Counted from the stretch's first letter, positions 48,652-61,405 are shown. The stretch: 64,000 bases of DNA from Lepidodermella squamata (GCA_047495785.1 JBLDXI010000012.1:1-64000), one strand, 5' to 3'. Notes: generated from the sequence alone by a model not told the origin. Program-made: numbers and translations.

Positions 48652-49098
48652 TTAATTAGGAATGTTCGCCACATCGAAAGCGTCGACTACGACGATTTTC
48701 GGCGACCAAATCGATTTCACCTTGGGCGCCTTGGGCAAGCGGAGAGCGGAAATTAAGCTGGACCACTTGCCGCCGTTATTTCCATCCTGCTTGGCCGCAT
48801 CACTTATCGTCTCGTCGGCGATTTTAGCGACCTGATTTGCGTTTTGTTTCTGGTTGAGTATGTTGTTCCTAATTTCAGCATTCAGGCGATTTTTCACTGC
48901 CTTGCTCACTGCGTAGAACTTGGAGTAGGGGTATCGGCTGACTGCTGATTCTTCAAGCGCCTGTCCATCATCGTTGTAATCTTCGTTGTAGGAACGCAAG
49001 TTTTCGGCTTCATCGTTGAGGTCAGTCAGAATGCCGAAAGCCTCGATGCCTTGCACGAGTGCCAAGATAGAGTAAACGATAAAACTAAAGGATTGCAT
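48652..49098 (-). CDS. Secreted LxDIND-motif protein
   Basis: Signal peptide then FGILTDLNDE; C-terminal PKIVVVDAF. Confidence 0.82.
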   Translation of the reverse strand: MQSFSFIVYSILALVQGIEAFGILTDLNDEAENLRSYNEDYNDDGQALEESAVSRYPYSKFYAVSKAVKNRLNAEIRNNILNQKQNANQVAKIADETISDAAKQDGNNGGKWSSLISALRLPKAPKVKSIWSPKIVVVDAFDVANIPN

Positions 49099-49622
49099 GG
49101 CGAAATCAATTCGCGGGAAAAATCAGGCAAGAATAAAGCAGATTTGAGAGTTATCTGATGCTTAAATATGCTACAATGTTGTCACGTTTTTTGAGTTACA
49201 AACTAGTTAGGGGAACCTCCGTGGCGGGGATGTAACGAACATGTAGCGTGACCGTTCCATATGCGTAGTTTGCCCTGCTTAATATGACAGCCTTTGAACT
49301 CAAATTGATCATGGCACATTGTGATATGCTATATGACGCACGATGACACAGCCGAATTGACACATGTCCTCTATGCAACAAATTATAATAAATGCGCCGA
49401 TTTTCGCGCTTTTAGGTGATTTTTAATCATGTACTCGTTAATTTAGCCATACGCTGTTGAAAATGCTCTGAAATGAGTCCGTTAGATCGCATTAGGCGTT
49501 TCTACGTATTGTCAGCAAAGATGGGCATATATTTTGAAAATAATTACATTTTTATTGCCAAAATGCTTGGGACAATGAATCATTTATCTGGAACAATGCA
49601 GGGGCGAACATAATTTTAGAAA

Positions 49623-49868
49623 TCAGTTATTATTTAGTCCGATTCTACGGCTAGTTTTCGGCTTCTTGGTGCTGCTAGTTGCCCAAGGACTCCAGCTGTG
49701 CAGCTTCTTTAAATTCAGCTGTTGATGGACACGGTTCGAGCTCTTGCTTTGACTTGGCCTCGGCCTGAAGATCACAACGGCTTCGTTTGGCTGGACATTG
49801 ATCGAAGCAATGATCACGACAGCAGCTAACAAAGTAACACAGAAAAATCGGGTGGAAAAAGACCTCAT
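49623..49868 (-). CDS. Small secreted cationic peptide
   Basis: Signal peptide; mature part rich in K/R/S with no acidic residues. Confidence 0.7.
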   Translation of the reverse strand: MRSFSTRFFCVTLLAAVVIIASINVQPNEAVVIFRPRPSQSKSSNRVHQQLNLKKLHSWSPWATSSTKKPKTSRRIGLNNN

Positions 49869-50145
49869 TTTCGACAAGTGTCTGCTGTGAATCAGGGCGT
49901 GTTCAATTTGTGAATGAAAAATAAATATAAAAACGGCTGGCATTTCGCTGCAACTAGCGGAGGCTGTTCGGTTCACAGAGCAATACATTTCGAATTTAAT
50001 TATTAAAATTCGGTACACCCCCCCTGCTAATCAACCTTGAATGTAGAATGCGTTCCATTTTCATCTAACAAGTGCAAATAAAAATCGTTTTATTGCGGAA
50101 AGAAAATTAACAAATTCTGGCAATTTTTCAATAACGAAAGGTGTT

Positions 50146-50376
50146 TTAATAGTCTAAATTAGTGAATAGCAAGCCGCCGCCGGAAGTAGGTCGTCGGATA
50201 ACTGCTGGCTTCATGTCCCGCATGTCGCCACTCTTTGTCTTGATATAAGACGAAACGCCTCGGCCTCGGCCATTTTTCACCGCCCGAACGGCCCGAAAGT
50301 TGGTCGAACAGGTTGAAAGCTGAACAATCGCCAACAACGCGAGAAAGCAAAGCAAAATTTTACGAAGTGATAACAT
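50146..50376 (-). CDS. Small secreted cationic peptide
   Basis: MLSLRKILLCFLALLAIVQLSTC signal peptide; R/G-rich mature region. Confidence 0.7.
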   Translation of the reverse strand: MLSLRKILLCFLALLAIVQLSTCSTNFRAVRAVKNGRGRGVSSYIKTKSGDMRDMKPAVIRRPTSGGGLLFTNLDY

Positions 50377-50581
50377 TTTTTGCCTCAAAAAAAATAAACC
50401 TTGACTAGTGCGATGGCTATCTCTATATCTATCGGTCAGCGCACCCACTCAGTCACGCGTGAAATTTTATTATTGAATTATGCGTCGGTCAAAACATATA
50501 ACGGAAAAAGAAAAATTATCGCAATCGATTTTACTATTTCCGCGATTTTTTTTCATCGTCTCGCCGTAGGCGTTATATTTA

Positions 50582-50977
50582 TTAGTAGGCTAATTTTTGA
50601 AACGCCATCTTTCGGCCGAGCTTCTGAGCCGCTTCTGCGATCGCAGCGTCGAGATTGTCGTCGCCCACTTTGCGCTGGTGGTTGTTGTTCGTATTTGTCC
50701 ACGCGCTAGATCCTTTCATCGTCACCCGTCTCGCCGGTAATTGAGACAGCGTAAACATCATACCGGGCGCTTTGCTGCTCGCCGCCGCTGATGGCAGTCC
50801 GACTACGATGTCGTGCTGGCGAAATTGGCTCAATTTATTCGATTTTGCGATATTTCTCGCTAGGATAACTTGCCGCTCCGCTGATATGTGAACAGCGTGA
50901 AGAGTGACGCAGGCTAAAATCATGAGCGCAACACATAGCGTTCCGCAGTGTTTTTGGCAAATTTGAGGAGAACCCAT
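50582..50977 (-). CDS. Small secreted protein
   Basis: Signal-peptide-like N-terminus; basic mature region. Confidence 0.68.
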   Translation of the reverse strand: MGSPQICQKHCGTLCVALMILACVTLHAVHISAERQVILARNIAKSNKLSQFRQHDIVVGLPSAAASSKAPGMMFTLSQLPARRVTMKGSSAWTNTNNNHQRKVGDDNLDAAIAEAAQKLGRKMAFQKLAY

Positions 50978-51576
50978 CTGCCGGCGATGAATTCGTGAAA
51001 TGAACCGAAAACTGTTTTTTCAGCATTAATACTACTTCTTATATTTTGAAAGGAGTCGATTAAGCGTATTTAATCAATGCGGATTTTCCGAATCCAATAG
51101 GTGTGAAAGCGAACACATCCGGCCAGGACCGATTCTTCCTAATCTCGCTTTGACCGGGAAAAGAGAGCAATTATAACTGAAGCCGCCATCAAAAATAAGG
51201 TTTCTTCAGTTTCTTTTCAAATCTAGAACATCCTTCGTTTATTCCTTATTGGCAACAAAAAGATTGAAAATTCGATGACTTGAAGAGAAAATGAATGTTC
51301 GGCCCGCACTAAAATGGCTGGTTAATAATTGATCGCGATGCTGAATGCTGAAATCAGTCACGAACATGTCCGCGGCGAGTTGCCCACTTCAAATTCAACA
51401 AAAAATGCATCGATTTGCATACTCAATCGTCTCAAGCGTACGTCAGCCGCCTGTTCTATTGAGTGGGCAATTCGCTTTTACTGCCGTTTAGGGAATCGTT
51501 GGCGATAAAAGCGATGCTGGCCAGCAGCTGAGCTGTGTCAATAATTTTATTTTCAAATTTTGTACCAAATTTGGCG

Positions 51577-51861
51577 ATGGCAACTGATAGACGTTTCGCT
51601 TTCCTAATCATCGGATTAATCCTGATATTAGATTCAATCAATGCTTTGCGATTCAAACCTCAATTCACCAGAAGCGATTCGGCTATTAGATCAGACGGTA
51701 AGCAGGCGGTTGAGTTCAAGCCGCCTGCCTCGACGTCATGGCGAGGTCCTTTGAATTCTCGATTCACGCGCTTGAGGAGACGCTACCTGTCTATGGGCGG
51801 ACCGACCATCGACGAGGAGGAAATCGACGATGACGACGACAGTTCAGACGAACTGAATTAG
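51577..51861 (+). CDS. Small secreted protein, basic N-part and poly-acidic tail
   Basis: Signal peptide; RLRRR site; DEEEIDDDDDSSDE tail. Confidence 0.72.
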   Translation: MATDRRFAFLIIGLILILDSINALRFKPQFTRSDSAIRSDGKQAVEFKPPASTSWRGPLNSRFTRLRRRYLSMGGPTIDEEEIDDDDDSSDELN

Positions 51862-52601
51862 CGTATTAGATCCCGTAGCCATCATTAAAACTAATTTTTA
51901 ATTAAAAAATGAAGTCACGACTTCGGACGATACTTATGCTAATAAAACACGATCTGACGGTTCGAAAATAGTACCAAAGATTTTCTCGATAAATCATACC
52001 AAAAATAGCCGATAATTTCACTAATGAACCAATGACCTTGAGCAGAGGAAATGCGAAACTTTATCCCCCTTGAAGTTCGAATCGTAATTGAAAATTATTG
52101 AGAGTTATAATAACGGCCCATCTGTCTTCTTTTTTTTGCCAGTTTATTTCCTAAATATTCGGTGGTTTTTTGCATGCAGACAGAATAAATTGTTCATTTC
52201 CTTCAATTTTATTTCCTGCCTTTTTGGGTCATCCTCAATCTATTTCCGGTATAAAATTGATTGATCGACTCAGAACTTTAATTTGGGAATCACGAAAAAT
52301 TATCCAGGTCTTGAAGTCATCCATTAGCTGATGATAATACAGTAATTATGCGCGCATAAAAACCGCCCACAGCAGCACCACACAGGACGGACGAAAACCA
52401 GACGTGAACTTTTCACATTTTTTTATCAAACGTAAAATAATACTCCTGAGAACTTCCGCTCAAATGGAGCTAATAAAGCAGGCATCATAATCGATTTGCG
52501 CGCATCCTCAACCTTTTATGACCACGATATAGTAAAAAATTACATTCATTCCATTTTTTATCATATAAAGTAGATTGTAATTTTTTGAGAAATAGAGCAT
52601 A

Positions 52602-52859
52602 ATGAATTCAACCATTATCTCGGTTGTTAGCCTCCTTATTCTTTCAGCGGCTCTTTTGAGCGAGGGCCATAAAACGTACTTGGGCGCATCTCAAGTCATC
52701 AAGACCAAGGATTTCGGCGAGAAAATTCCCCGGCGGAATGACGAGACGAAGGGCTCATGGCAGTGGAACGCGGTGAACGGACCTCAGGAAAGTACGGCGA
52801 AGGTTGTGGCAAGTGGCAAGCTGTTCCCTGGCAACAAAAACCGAAGGTTCAATAATTAA
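52602..52859 (+). CDS. Small secreted protein
   Basis: Signal peptide; TATAAA ~38 bp upstream. Confidence 0.72.
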   Translation: MNSTIISVVSLLILSAALLSEGHKTYLGASQVIKTKDFGEKIPRRNDETKGSWQWNAVNGPQESTAKVVASGKLFPGNKNRRFNN

Positions 52860-53013
52860 AAAAAATCCACGCCAAATCATCTCGAACGAATATTTTTATT
52901 AAAAGACTCGACTTATCTATATAATACTACTTGATTATTATAAACCATTCGCTGTAGAGTATGATCTCAGTAGTGATAATAAAGTCTGACTTTATGACTG
53001 TGGTCATGTCGGC

Positions 53014-53265
53014 TCATTTTCGAAGCCGGAGAAGGCGAACAACCGGGTCGCGGTGGCGCCGGGCTTGGTTTATCAACTTGGCGATGTTTGGCTTATTCTT
53101 GTGGTAGACAGGGTTGAAGCCTTCCGAAGCGGCGCCGCCATTGTTTGAGGATTCCTCCACATTCGTATCAGCGCTTCGTTTCGCAGCATCAAAGGCGTAA
53201 AGGTCGTAGGCCAACGCTGCTTGGAGTAAGCAGGCGATAAGCAAAATAATGCTCAACTTGTTCAT
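53014..53265 (-). CDS. Small secreted peptide precursor
   Basis: Signal peptide, KR and RR sites, cationic amphipathic C-terminus VVRLLRLRK. Confidence 0.75.
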   Translation of the reverse strand: MNKLSIILLIACLLQAALAYDLYAFDAAKRSADTNVEESSNNGGAASEGFNPVYHKNKPNIAKLINQARRHRDPVVRLLRLRK

Positions 53266-54974
53266 TTTTTGTGTTTAAAGTGTTTTATCGAAAAGCGCGA
53301 TTTTCGATTGCTTTATAAGAGCGATGTTTTGTGGTTCCTAAAATACCGCTGATTCAGGGTAAACGGCGCGGCGCATTAAATTGGTGATCGGCGATGCAAA
53401 ACAAGAAATCTCAGGCGTGACTCCTGATTGAATTTGTTCAATGCTGCTTTTAGTGTGCGGGCTTTTGCGCTGACATATTGGCGCTGTCGCCCATTTGCTG
53501 GCGACTAAGTATACAATAAAGCAGCTTAATGAAGAGCGCCATGGGAGAGTAGGGCGCAATTTCGCCGCGCCCACGCCGATTTTACGGATGTTGGTAATTG
53601 ATCAATGACGATTGATGAACACGTGCCGCAGCGTGATTTCCGGGTTTCAATGACCTTTACTTGAAAGAAAGGGAGAGGCATGACTTGAATTAAATGGCAA
53701 AGGTTCCGCAGTACCTTCGACGGGCACCAACCAATTACCCATTTGCAGCAGGACATCATGGGTATAGAGCGTGAAAACTGTCAACCACATTGACCAGTTG
53801 AGTGGGTCTTGGGACCTACGAACAACCTGATAACTGATGACTAAACTATTGCGCTATAGAATATTCACAGAGGAATAAACTTCACAGCTCCAGTTTTGTG
53901 AAATCACATATACACAAATTATTGATGAGTCTCGAGTCGATTTAAGCTTCGATTCAAGAACTCACCGTCTCTCTTTTAGTCGTTTACAACTTATATAAGC
54001 GTCATCATAATAACCGGCAGCAAACGATTGCCAGTCGAGAGTGGATAGATTAGAAACCCTAATTTCTTGACTCGAAGTTAGAGTTAATTTTCCAGATTTG
54101 ACTATTTTTGACGCAGAATAAAAGCGAAATCCGGTGAAATTTTTCTGGATATCTCGATTGATATTCACTTGCGGGCATTTATCACGGCCATAGGCAACTC
54201 TTAAATCTCTCTTAATTAAATTTAATTAATGCTCTATGGCACTAAATTTAAGAGCTCTAATAAATTTAAATTCTATGGCACTATCTATCTATGGCACTAA
54301 ATTGCCATAGGCCGCGCTTCGGGTCTTCTTTTAGATGCCCAACAGGTGGAATACCCATCGAGATATCCTCCTTACAATCCCTTTCGGAGTTGCGTAATAC
54401 TTTATTGTTCTTTTGAGTTCTACATTCCGTAAGCTCAATAAAATGAACACTAAAACTCTCAAGTTCAGCTTCTATTTACCATGATATTGAACCGAGAAAA
54501 AGTTCTAAAAAAATCGCTTTACTTGAAGCCTATTTATAATCGGATGGATAGCTCTGACCAAGCTCGATCAAGCATCAAGCCGATGCTTAAGAAAACCTTC
54601 AGCAGTCACTTCAGACTGCAGATCCTCAACGAAGCAGTTGAGCTCGGGTTGTCAAGCATTATTCCCGATATTCAAATTCTACATCTTATCCAATACACAG
54701 CGTTCCAGCTTAAACATTACCAAGATGCGTTCGAAGTCTGCTGGCACTTTGTTAATGATTTGGAGTTGAGCAAAGATCTCGAATGAGAGCGAGACGAGAT
54801 CTCGAAGCTCAGTACAAACCTACTATTGACAACTGCAGGGTGAATTCCCAAGTGTATAATTGTTATCAATTATTGTCAAAATTATTAAGACGATGCCCAG
54901 AAGCTGTTTTAATTGCGAAGGTTTTAAACTACATATATGTCGTGAGCAACATATCTGGGGTAACTAGTTTTGCT

Positions 54975-56152
54975 AAGGTGTTCGATCCTCCTTGTCTTTC
55001 AGCAACACATCAGCATTGAGCATTAAATTCTTCATTAAGTAGCTTTACAACTTCTGCATGACCACCTTCAGCGGCGTAGTGCAATGGAGTCTTGCCGGTA
55101 ACATCCTTTTCATCTGGTTTGGCTCCAAAATCTCGAATCAGCAGATTTACAACCTCTGCATGACCAACTTCAGCTGCGTAGTGCAATGGAGTCTTGCCGG
55201 TATCATCTTTTTCGTCTTGTTTGGCTCCGAAATCTCGAACTAGCAGGTTTACGACGTCTACAAGGTCTAGGTGATCATGCCTAATTTGTCCTATAACTGC
55301 CAAGTGCAATGGAGTCATGCCGCGGTTATTTTTGTCATCAACTTTGGCTGCAAAATCTCGAATCAGCATATTCATAACTTCTACATGCCCGCGCCCAGCT
55401 GCGGAAAGAAATGGAGTATATCATCCCTGTCGTCAACGTTTGCTTCAAAATCTCGAATCAAAACAGGTTCACAACTTCTGCATGACCACCCGAGCTGCGT
55501 AGTGTAATGGAGTCTTGCTGCTACTATCCTTGTCGTCGGCTTTTGATCCAAAATCTCGAATCAGCAGGTTAACAATTTCCGAATGACCGCCTTCAGCTGC
55601 GCTGTGCAATGGCGTCATGCCGAAATTATTCCTGTCGTTAGGTTTGGCAGCAAAATCTCGAATCAGCAGATTTACAACTGCTGCATTACCACCTTCAGCT
55701 GCGTAGTGCAGTGGAGTCTTGCCGTAGCCACCCCTGGCGTCAGCTTTTGCGCCTAAATCTCGAATCAGCAGGTTGACAACTTCTGCATGACCCCCGCGAG
55801 CTGCCAAGTGCAATGGCCAAGTGCCAAGTGCAATGCCAAGTTCATGAAGAAACCATCCATATCATCTGCCTTTGCTTGACATCAACTTGGTGTGCTATTT
55901 TTGAGCAAAAAATCATTGAAAATTAAGAAGTAATAAAGGCATTACATCTCGTAAGCTCGTTTTGATGACCTTTTCCACTTGTCCATATTTGTTGTATCGT
56001 TGGTCTAATCTAAGTCTGGTCAAATTGATCTCTTTGACGACGTACAGCTGACGAGTGTATCGCTTTCGAACAAGAAGCGCTTCCCCGTATTCACCAGCTC
56101 GTCCCAGACTTTCCACTATGCTGAATTGTTTGGATGAAGAAAACGCTGCCAT
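54975..56152 (-). pseudogene. Kinase N-lobe fragment followed by frameshifted tandem ankyrin repeats
   Basis: LGRAGEYGEALLV...YVVKEI (Gly loop and Lys motif, NEK-like); ~8 34-aa repeats KTPLHYAAEGGHAEVVNLLIRDFGAK broken by indels and microduplications. Confidence 0.7.
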
Positions 56153-57783
56153 TTTTAGCACACCTCAGCCAGAAAAAAATAGGGCAAAATAACCACGCAG
56201 ATCTTGGAATAACAAAAATAATTTTCTCGACTTTATTATTTGCAGCAAGACAAGAACAGATAAATTCGGCATGTTATCTCGACTGATAAGATTATGTTAT
56301 CACACAAGCCTAGTCCCAAAATGACGCGGGGCATAGCCGAGTCCCTTGACTCATATTTGAGCGGCTTTTTGGGACCGTCTTTTAGGGACCGCGACAGCAG
56401 CTTCAAAAAAGTTAGGGACTTGCTCAGGAAAGTAGATTCTTCATACCAAGTGCAACCTTTTTATAGTTGGAGCGATCTCGGATGATTTTTTGGAAATTTC
56501 GCAAATCTCCGACAATGGTATTTGCATTGATTTTTGACACTGACCCTGTGCTGGATTTTTTCTAACTACGCTATTTGTCTGCTCACACTTGCTTTACACA
56601 ACGGTTGCTCAGGATTGAATTCTCAGTTATTTGCGCATTGCTTTTTCTGAGCGGAATTGTACAAAATTTCCAGAAAATCACATACATTTTGCTAGGACTT
56701 GTTAAATTCATCTCAATTTAAAGGTTTTCCAATTTTCTTACTTTTTCTCCATCATTATAAAGTTAAACGATTCATACCAACTCTCGTTGTTCAAAGAGCA
56801 TGCGGACAGCGGATTTTTGCACTTCCGAATTGAACTTGACTTCAAAAATTAAGACAAACACACGCGTATTGAGGCTGTGAAAAGGAAGACGGAATGGTTC
56901 ACTCAATGACGAGGGCCGGTCTACCGGTATACGGGGTGAAAGGCGGAAATTGAGTGAATAAGCTATAGTGTCGGCTTTCGGAGCAAATAAATTGATGGAA
57001 ATAATTGCTAGAAAGTTCTGGATATCATGTGTATAAATACTTCTTGTCAGAGCTACGTGGCCAGGTCAAAAAATCCCTCAACTTAGCTGAAAATGCTAAA
57101 ATACCGTGCATAAATAGGTATCGCATTTTCCTTCGCTTTTAAACTTTGTTTAACGAAGTCAAAGTTATGTTTAACGACTAGATCGAAAGCCACAATTCTA
57201 TTTGCCAAAAAGCTATGATTTATCCAGGCGGCAGAGCTTCAAGGCCGATTCTCGCTAATCCCGGCGCAGGTTCAAAGAGCATGTTGCGTAATGCCTTTAA
57301 ATCTGTTTTTTAAGCAAATTAATGATTTTGCAAGCGACTAGACTCGGACTACTTGATTCCTTTTCAGCCCACACAACGAACTGGATTATAGCGGACATGT
57401 GAGGTAATACCAGTAGGTAATGAGCCGACTGAATAAAACCCGATTTATCATTTGCTTCCCTTCAGATAGACACATAGTAGTACGCCGTCGCGTGGGTTAG
57501 GTGCGAAAAAATGCGTCTACTAGAAAACCTACCCAAGCAGAATCTGACCCATTGAAATGTCATTATGTAGAATTATTATTTAAGGCCCGGTTGCTGCCTG
57601 CAGTCCTAAATTTTCGAGTGGAAACAATCATCAAGCATATTTCCGCTATCATTGATCTCTATACCAACAGTTATTACCCAATTGATCCAGCCTATTCATT
57701 TTCGTGTCATGTTTTCTATATCAGGCTAAATATTTTTTTCTAATTTATTTAGTAATAAAAATAACTTTAATACATTTCCTGAA

Positions 57784-58161
57784 ATGGCTGGCTTTCTAGC
57801 TACAGCTATGGTTGCCATTTCGATGCTAATAGCAACTTCGAATTGTTACGAATGGCGACTGGACGATGAAGCTGATGACGCCTTCAACGGAAGCCCATTT
57901 CACTCTGCTATACCAGCTGAACCGTCCGATACAGCCAGCATCAGCGATAATGCACCGGCTAATCCAGATTTTCTGCAATCAAAAGACATCCACACGTCGA
58001 TCAACGACTTCGGGATGGATGATTTGCTGAACCGCAACAGCATCATTCCATCTTTCATATCGTCGCACAACGCTGGTCTTCCTCCGCGCGCAATTCCGAG
58101 CACAAACAGGCTCGCACAAATGATTATGATGGGTCATCCACGAATGCGCTATTCCAAATAA
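57784..58161 (+). CDS. Secreted precursor with C-terminal GHP motif
   Basis: Signal peptide, acidic pro-region, ends RLAQMIMMGHPRMRYSK. Confidence 0.78.
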   Translation: MAGFLATAMVAISMLIATSNCYEWRLDDEADDAFNGSPFHSAIPAEPSDTASISDNAPANPDFLQSKDIHTSINDFGMDDLLNRNSIIPSFISSHNAGLPPRAIPSTNRLAQMIMMGHPRMRYSK

Positions 58162-59037
58162 AATGATGACAGGACGCAGAATAAAAGGAGGTCACGCGCC
58201 TACTCTTTCACGAATGAACACGGCCCGCCCACCTTAAAATTTATTGAATTAATCAATTACTTTCCTCACCAATTTTTTCAATTTTTCTATTATTTAATAA
58301 AAATGTTTGTAGTACTCACGTATTGTGGTCATCCTGGTTGTTTCATGATTGGGACTACGAAAGAAGCATATTAAATTTCTCGATCAAATTAATGCTGATC
58401 ACTTAATTATGGGCAATAAAATCGTTAGCTAAGAGCGTTCTCAAATTGTTGGAATGTCCTTGCGGGCGTAATTTTGTATGTTCGCAATGTTGTCTTTAAT
58501 GTACCGACTAGCCGTGGCCAGTGTCTGTTTTTTTAAATAACCTCAATAAATGATGCAGATTTGTTGATAATATGGGCAGATTCTATAAAATCAAGGGTAG
58601 CAAAAGTGTTAAAATTTGATTTAAAACTGACACCCGCTTATCAATGCCGATTATTTGTGGCGTTGTCATAGGAAATTTTTAGAATGAATTTGTGATATTA
58701 TGGCAGGTGTTATGCTCAGCCATCACGCCTCTCAGCGTCACGCAGCAAAAAGTATACAAATTTTATAGTCATTCAACTTTGCGCGCTAGGACGAGATGCT
58801 TAAATAGGATCGAAAGAAGTCGCCGCTAATCAGTCCTAACCTTTTAATATGGGATAGCTGAGTCATGCTAGACCCAGAACATCCGTATAACTACCACCTG
58901 TTTTTATCTCATGGCATAGTTTATATGAATTTGATTTGCGGTATTTCCAACTTAACTACTATAGCTCCTCGCAATAATTGACTGATTTTTTTTATATCTT
59001 AGACCAGATTTCATCCTTAATTTCTAAATTACGAATC

Positions 59038-59454
59038 ATGGGAAAGGCTCCAAGTTTTTCCGCGGTCATTTTCCTAACGATTCGCTTGATGCCGATTTGG
59101 TGCTACAGTGTCAATCCTTACGATCAGCCGCTTCACGACGAGTCGCTATTCACCGATTTCACATCACTGTGGCCGATTTCACCTCGCAGGTACGATCTGC
59201 AGAGCGTGGTGATCACGCCTCCTAGCAACGAGGGCGAGGATGAGAACAACTTTATTGACCACAGCGACAGGCATGCGCACGTGCTGGAGCTGAGTCCGAC
59301 ATTCCACAACAATCCTATGTTCATCAACAACGGCGAGGAGTACTTGAGCCAACACAACGCCTTCAGCCACTCTGGGATATTTCAGCAGCTTGCTAATGGC
59401 TACAACAGAAAGTTCGCTCAACGCCTGCTTGGCCACCCTGGATTACGGCTGTGA
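59038..59454 (+). CDS. Secreted precursor with C-terminal GHP motif
   Basis: Signal-like N-terminus, acidic and His-rich pro-region, ends RKFAQRLLGHPGLRL. Confidence 0.75.
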   Translation: MGKAPSFSAVIFLTIRLMPIWCYSVNPYDQPLHDESLFTDFTSLWPISPRRYDLQSVVITPPSNEGEDENNFIDHSDRHAHVLELSPTFHNNPMFINNGEEYLSQHNAFSHSGIFQQLANGYNRKFAQRLLGHPGLRL

Positions 59455-59851
59455 ATTAGGACTCATCCTGCGGATGATTTTAGAGTCTAATATTTTTTTG
59501 TGATTTTTTTTTCATTTACCCATGATGTATATTTCTTAGTTCAGAATTCGCTGAATATAATATGGAGCCCGGTAATTTTTGGATATTGAATATCCTTGAT
59601 TTTTGCTTTGAATAAACGGATTTTTTTGACTAACCGGAAGTCCGATTTTTTCGGATAACATTTGCTATATTTATTATTCCTTTCATCCTATCCCATCGTT
59701 GCGGAAATTAGGTCCACGATTGGGATAGATTATAATCAAATTATGAGCTTGACTGCTGGAATTCGATTGCAACTGAAACATTGTTAGCGCTGATTTAATT
59801 AATGCCCGAATATTCTAAAAATTTGGCGCCTTGCTTTTATCAGATTTGGGC

Positions 59852-59950
59852 GGGCTGACAGGTGACAAGTAAAATGTCTGATTTTTGTCTTGTTGATCCC
59901 GTAATAATAACGCGCCGGCCTCATTATTTAATTATCTCACCTGTCACCCC
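59852..59950. repeat. Short TIR repeat; related copies near 25820-25945 and 39455-39585
   Basis: GGGCTGACAGGTGA...TCACCTGTCACCCC; GGTGACAAGTAAAA (or its reverse complement) shared with the other copies. Confidence 0.5.
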
Positions 59951-61405
59951 AAGTCCCTAAAAGGTTTATCTCTGCATTTTTGGCTACAACCTCTGAAATG
60001 TACGCGCAAGGCAGTTGAGGTGTTCATGAGCCGCAGGGAATAGGAATTCGTCAAACTTTTAGTACCTCTTGTCCATCTGAATGTCTCCTTAACCTGGATG
60101 TTACACTTTTCTTGACAGGAAAAGTTTCCCTTCTTTCAATTTCTAGAACGGAATTTCCGCAATATCGAGGTAGATGTCGCGTTATTTTGTTCGGAAACAT
60201 GATAATTCCTCATTTTTATGACGGAATTAACGGAATGGAACGGATGAGGTATAGGCATCTGAAGTAGCCAATCATATTTTATTTATCAGGATCTTGGCAA
60301 TTTCTTCCGCTTCATTGATCTATTCTTCAAAGATGATAATCCACCAAGTTCCCCTCGAAATCCTCCCAGAAAGGTTTTAATGAAGTTTAACGCTTTCATG
60401 AAAATTTTCCAACGTTTCGGTTGTAAAATGAAAAAAGAAGCGTTTAACTTCTTAACAAGCTTTATTGGAAAAACTGGCCAGCATTCATTGAAAAAATAAG
60501 AAAGAAATGAAAGTTCAAAGCTTTATTAGGGCTCAACTTCCCGAACAAAAATGATTTGGATATAAATGCCCCAAAAATATGTCACAAACCGTGGAAATTT
60601 TCGAATTTTTTCACTAATATGTTGAGATTTTGTGAACTGTTTTTTTATTCATTATTCTGACATTTTTGGGACATTTTTAGCCAATTCCATCAAAATCACT
60701 CGGTGAAATTTTCGTTCCGCATTACAGATAAAGAAATAAATTTCTGAATACTCCTATGAGCTGTTTATAGGCAGAAACTGCTCGACCGTAATTTTGATTT
60801 TGATTCGCTAAAAATCGTCCGGCTCTGTTTTTTTCTCATTTAGGCAGAGCTTCACACCTTACAGCCCCGTTCCGCGAAAGTACGACATTGATTGTCTTAA
60901 CTTGCGTTCATGATTAAATGGTTCAGTGCACATTGAAGCGGCTTTCCCTGGCTCGCACCTGTTCAGACGATTCGGCGGATATTTTTGGACTCTGAAGATT
61001 AAAGTATCGTAATCATATTTTCGGACGCTCCATTTTATTCATTCTCATGAAAAGACGAACAGGAATGTAAAAAACAGACGTTTCAAGAGACGAGTTCTGC
61101 GAAATCAAATGCGGTGATATACTTCTTTGAAATAATTGGTTAAGCGTGAGCCATGACGCGGTTTTGGGGTTTTCATATCTCATTCTTTGATTTAATTTCA
61201 AAACAGACGACAAGCATGGATGGGCTATGTTATATTATAGACATGCTTCAACACGTTTTTTACCGAAAGTGATCAAAAAACGTCAAAAATGAACGCTTCG
61301 CATCTTTCCTCGGCGGGTAGCTAAAAATGTCAGGGAAAACAACAGTCATCAGTCATCATCGTCAGATTCGCCGGGGCCTTATTCATTCATCCGTCGCTTA
61401 GAAAC

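Noticed and set aside
54481-55019. Plus-strand ORFs next to the ankyrin pseudogene
   Set aside because: No recognisable motif or signal peptide; cannot be supported.
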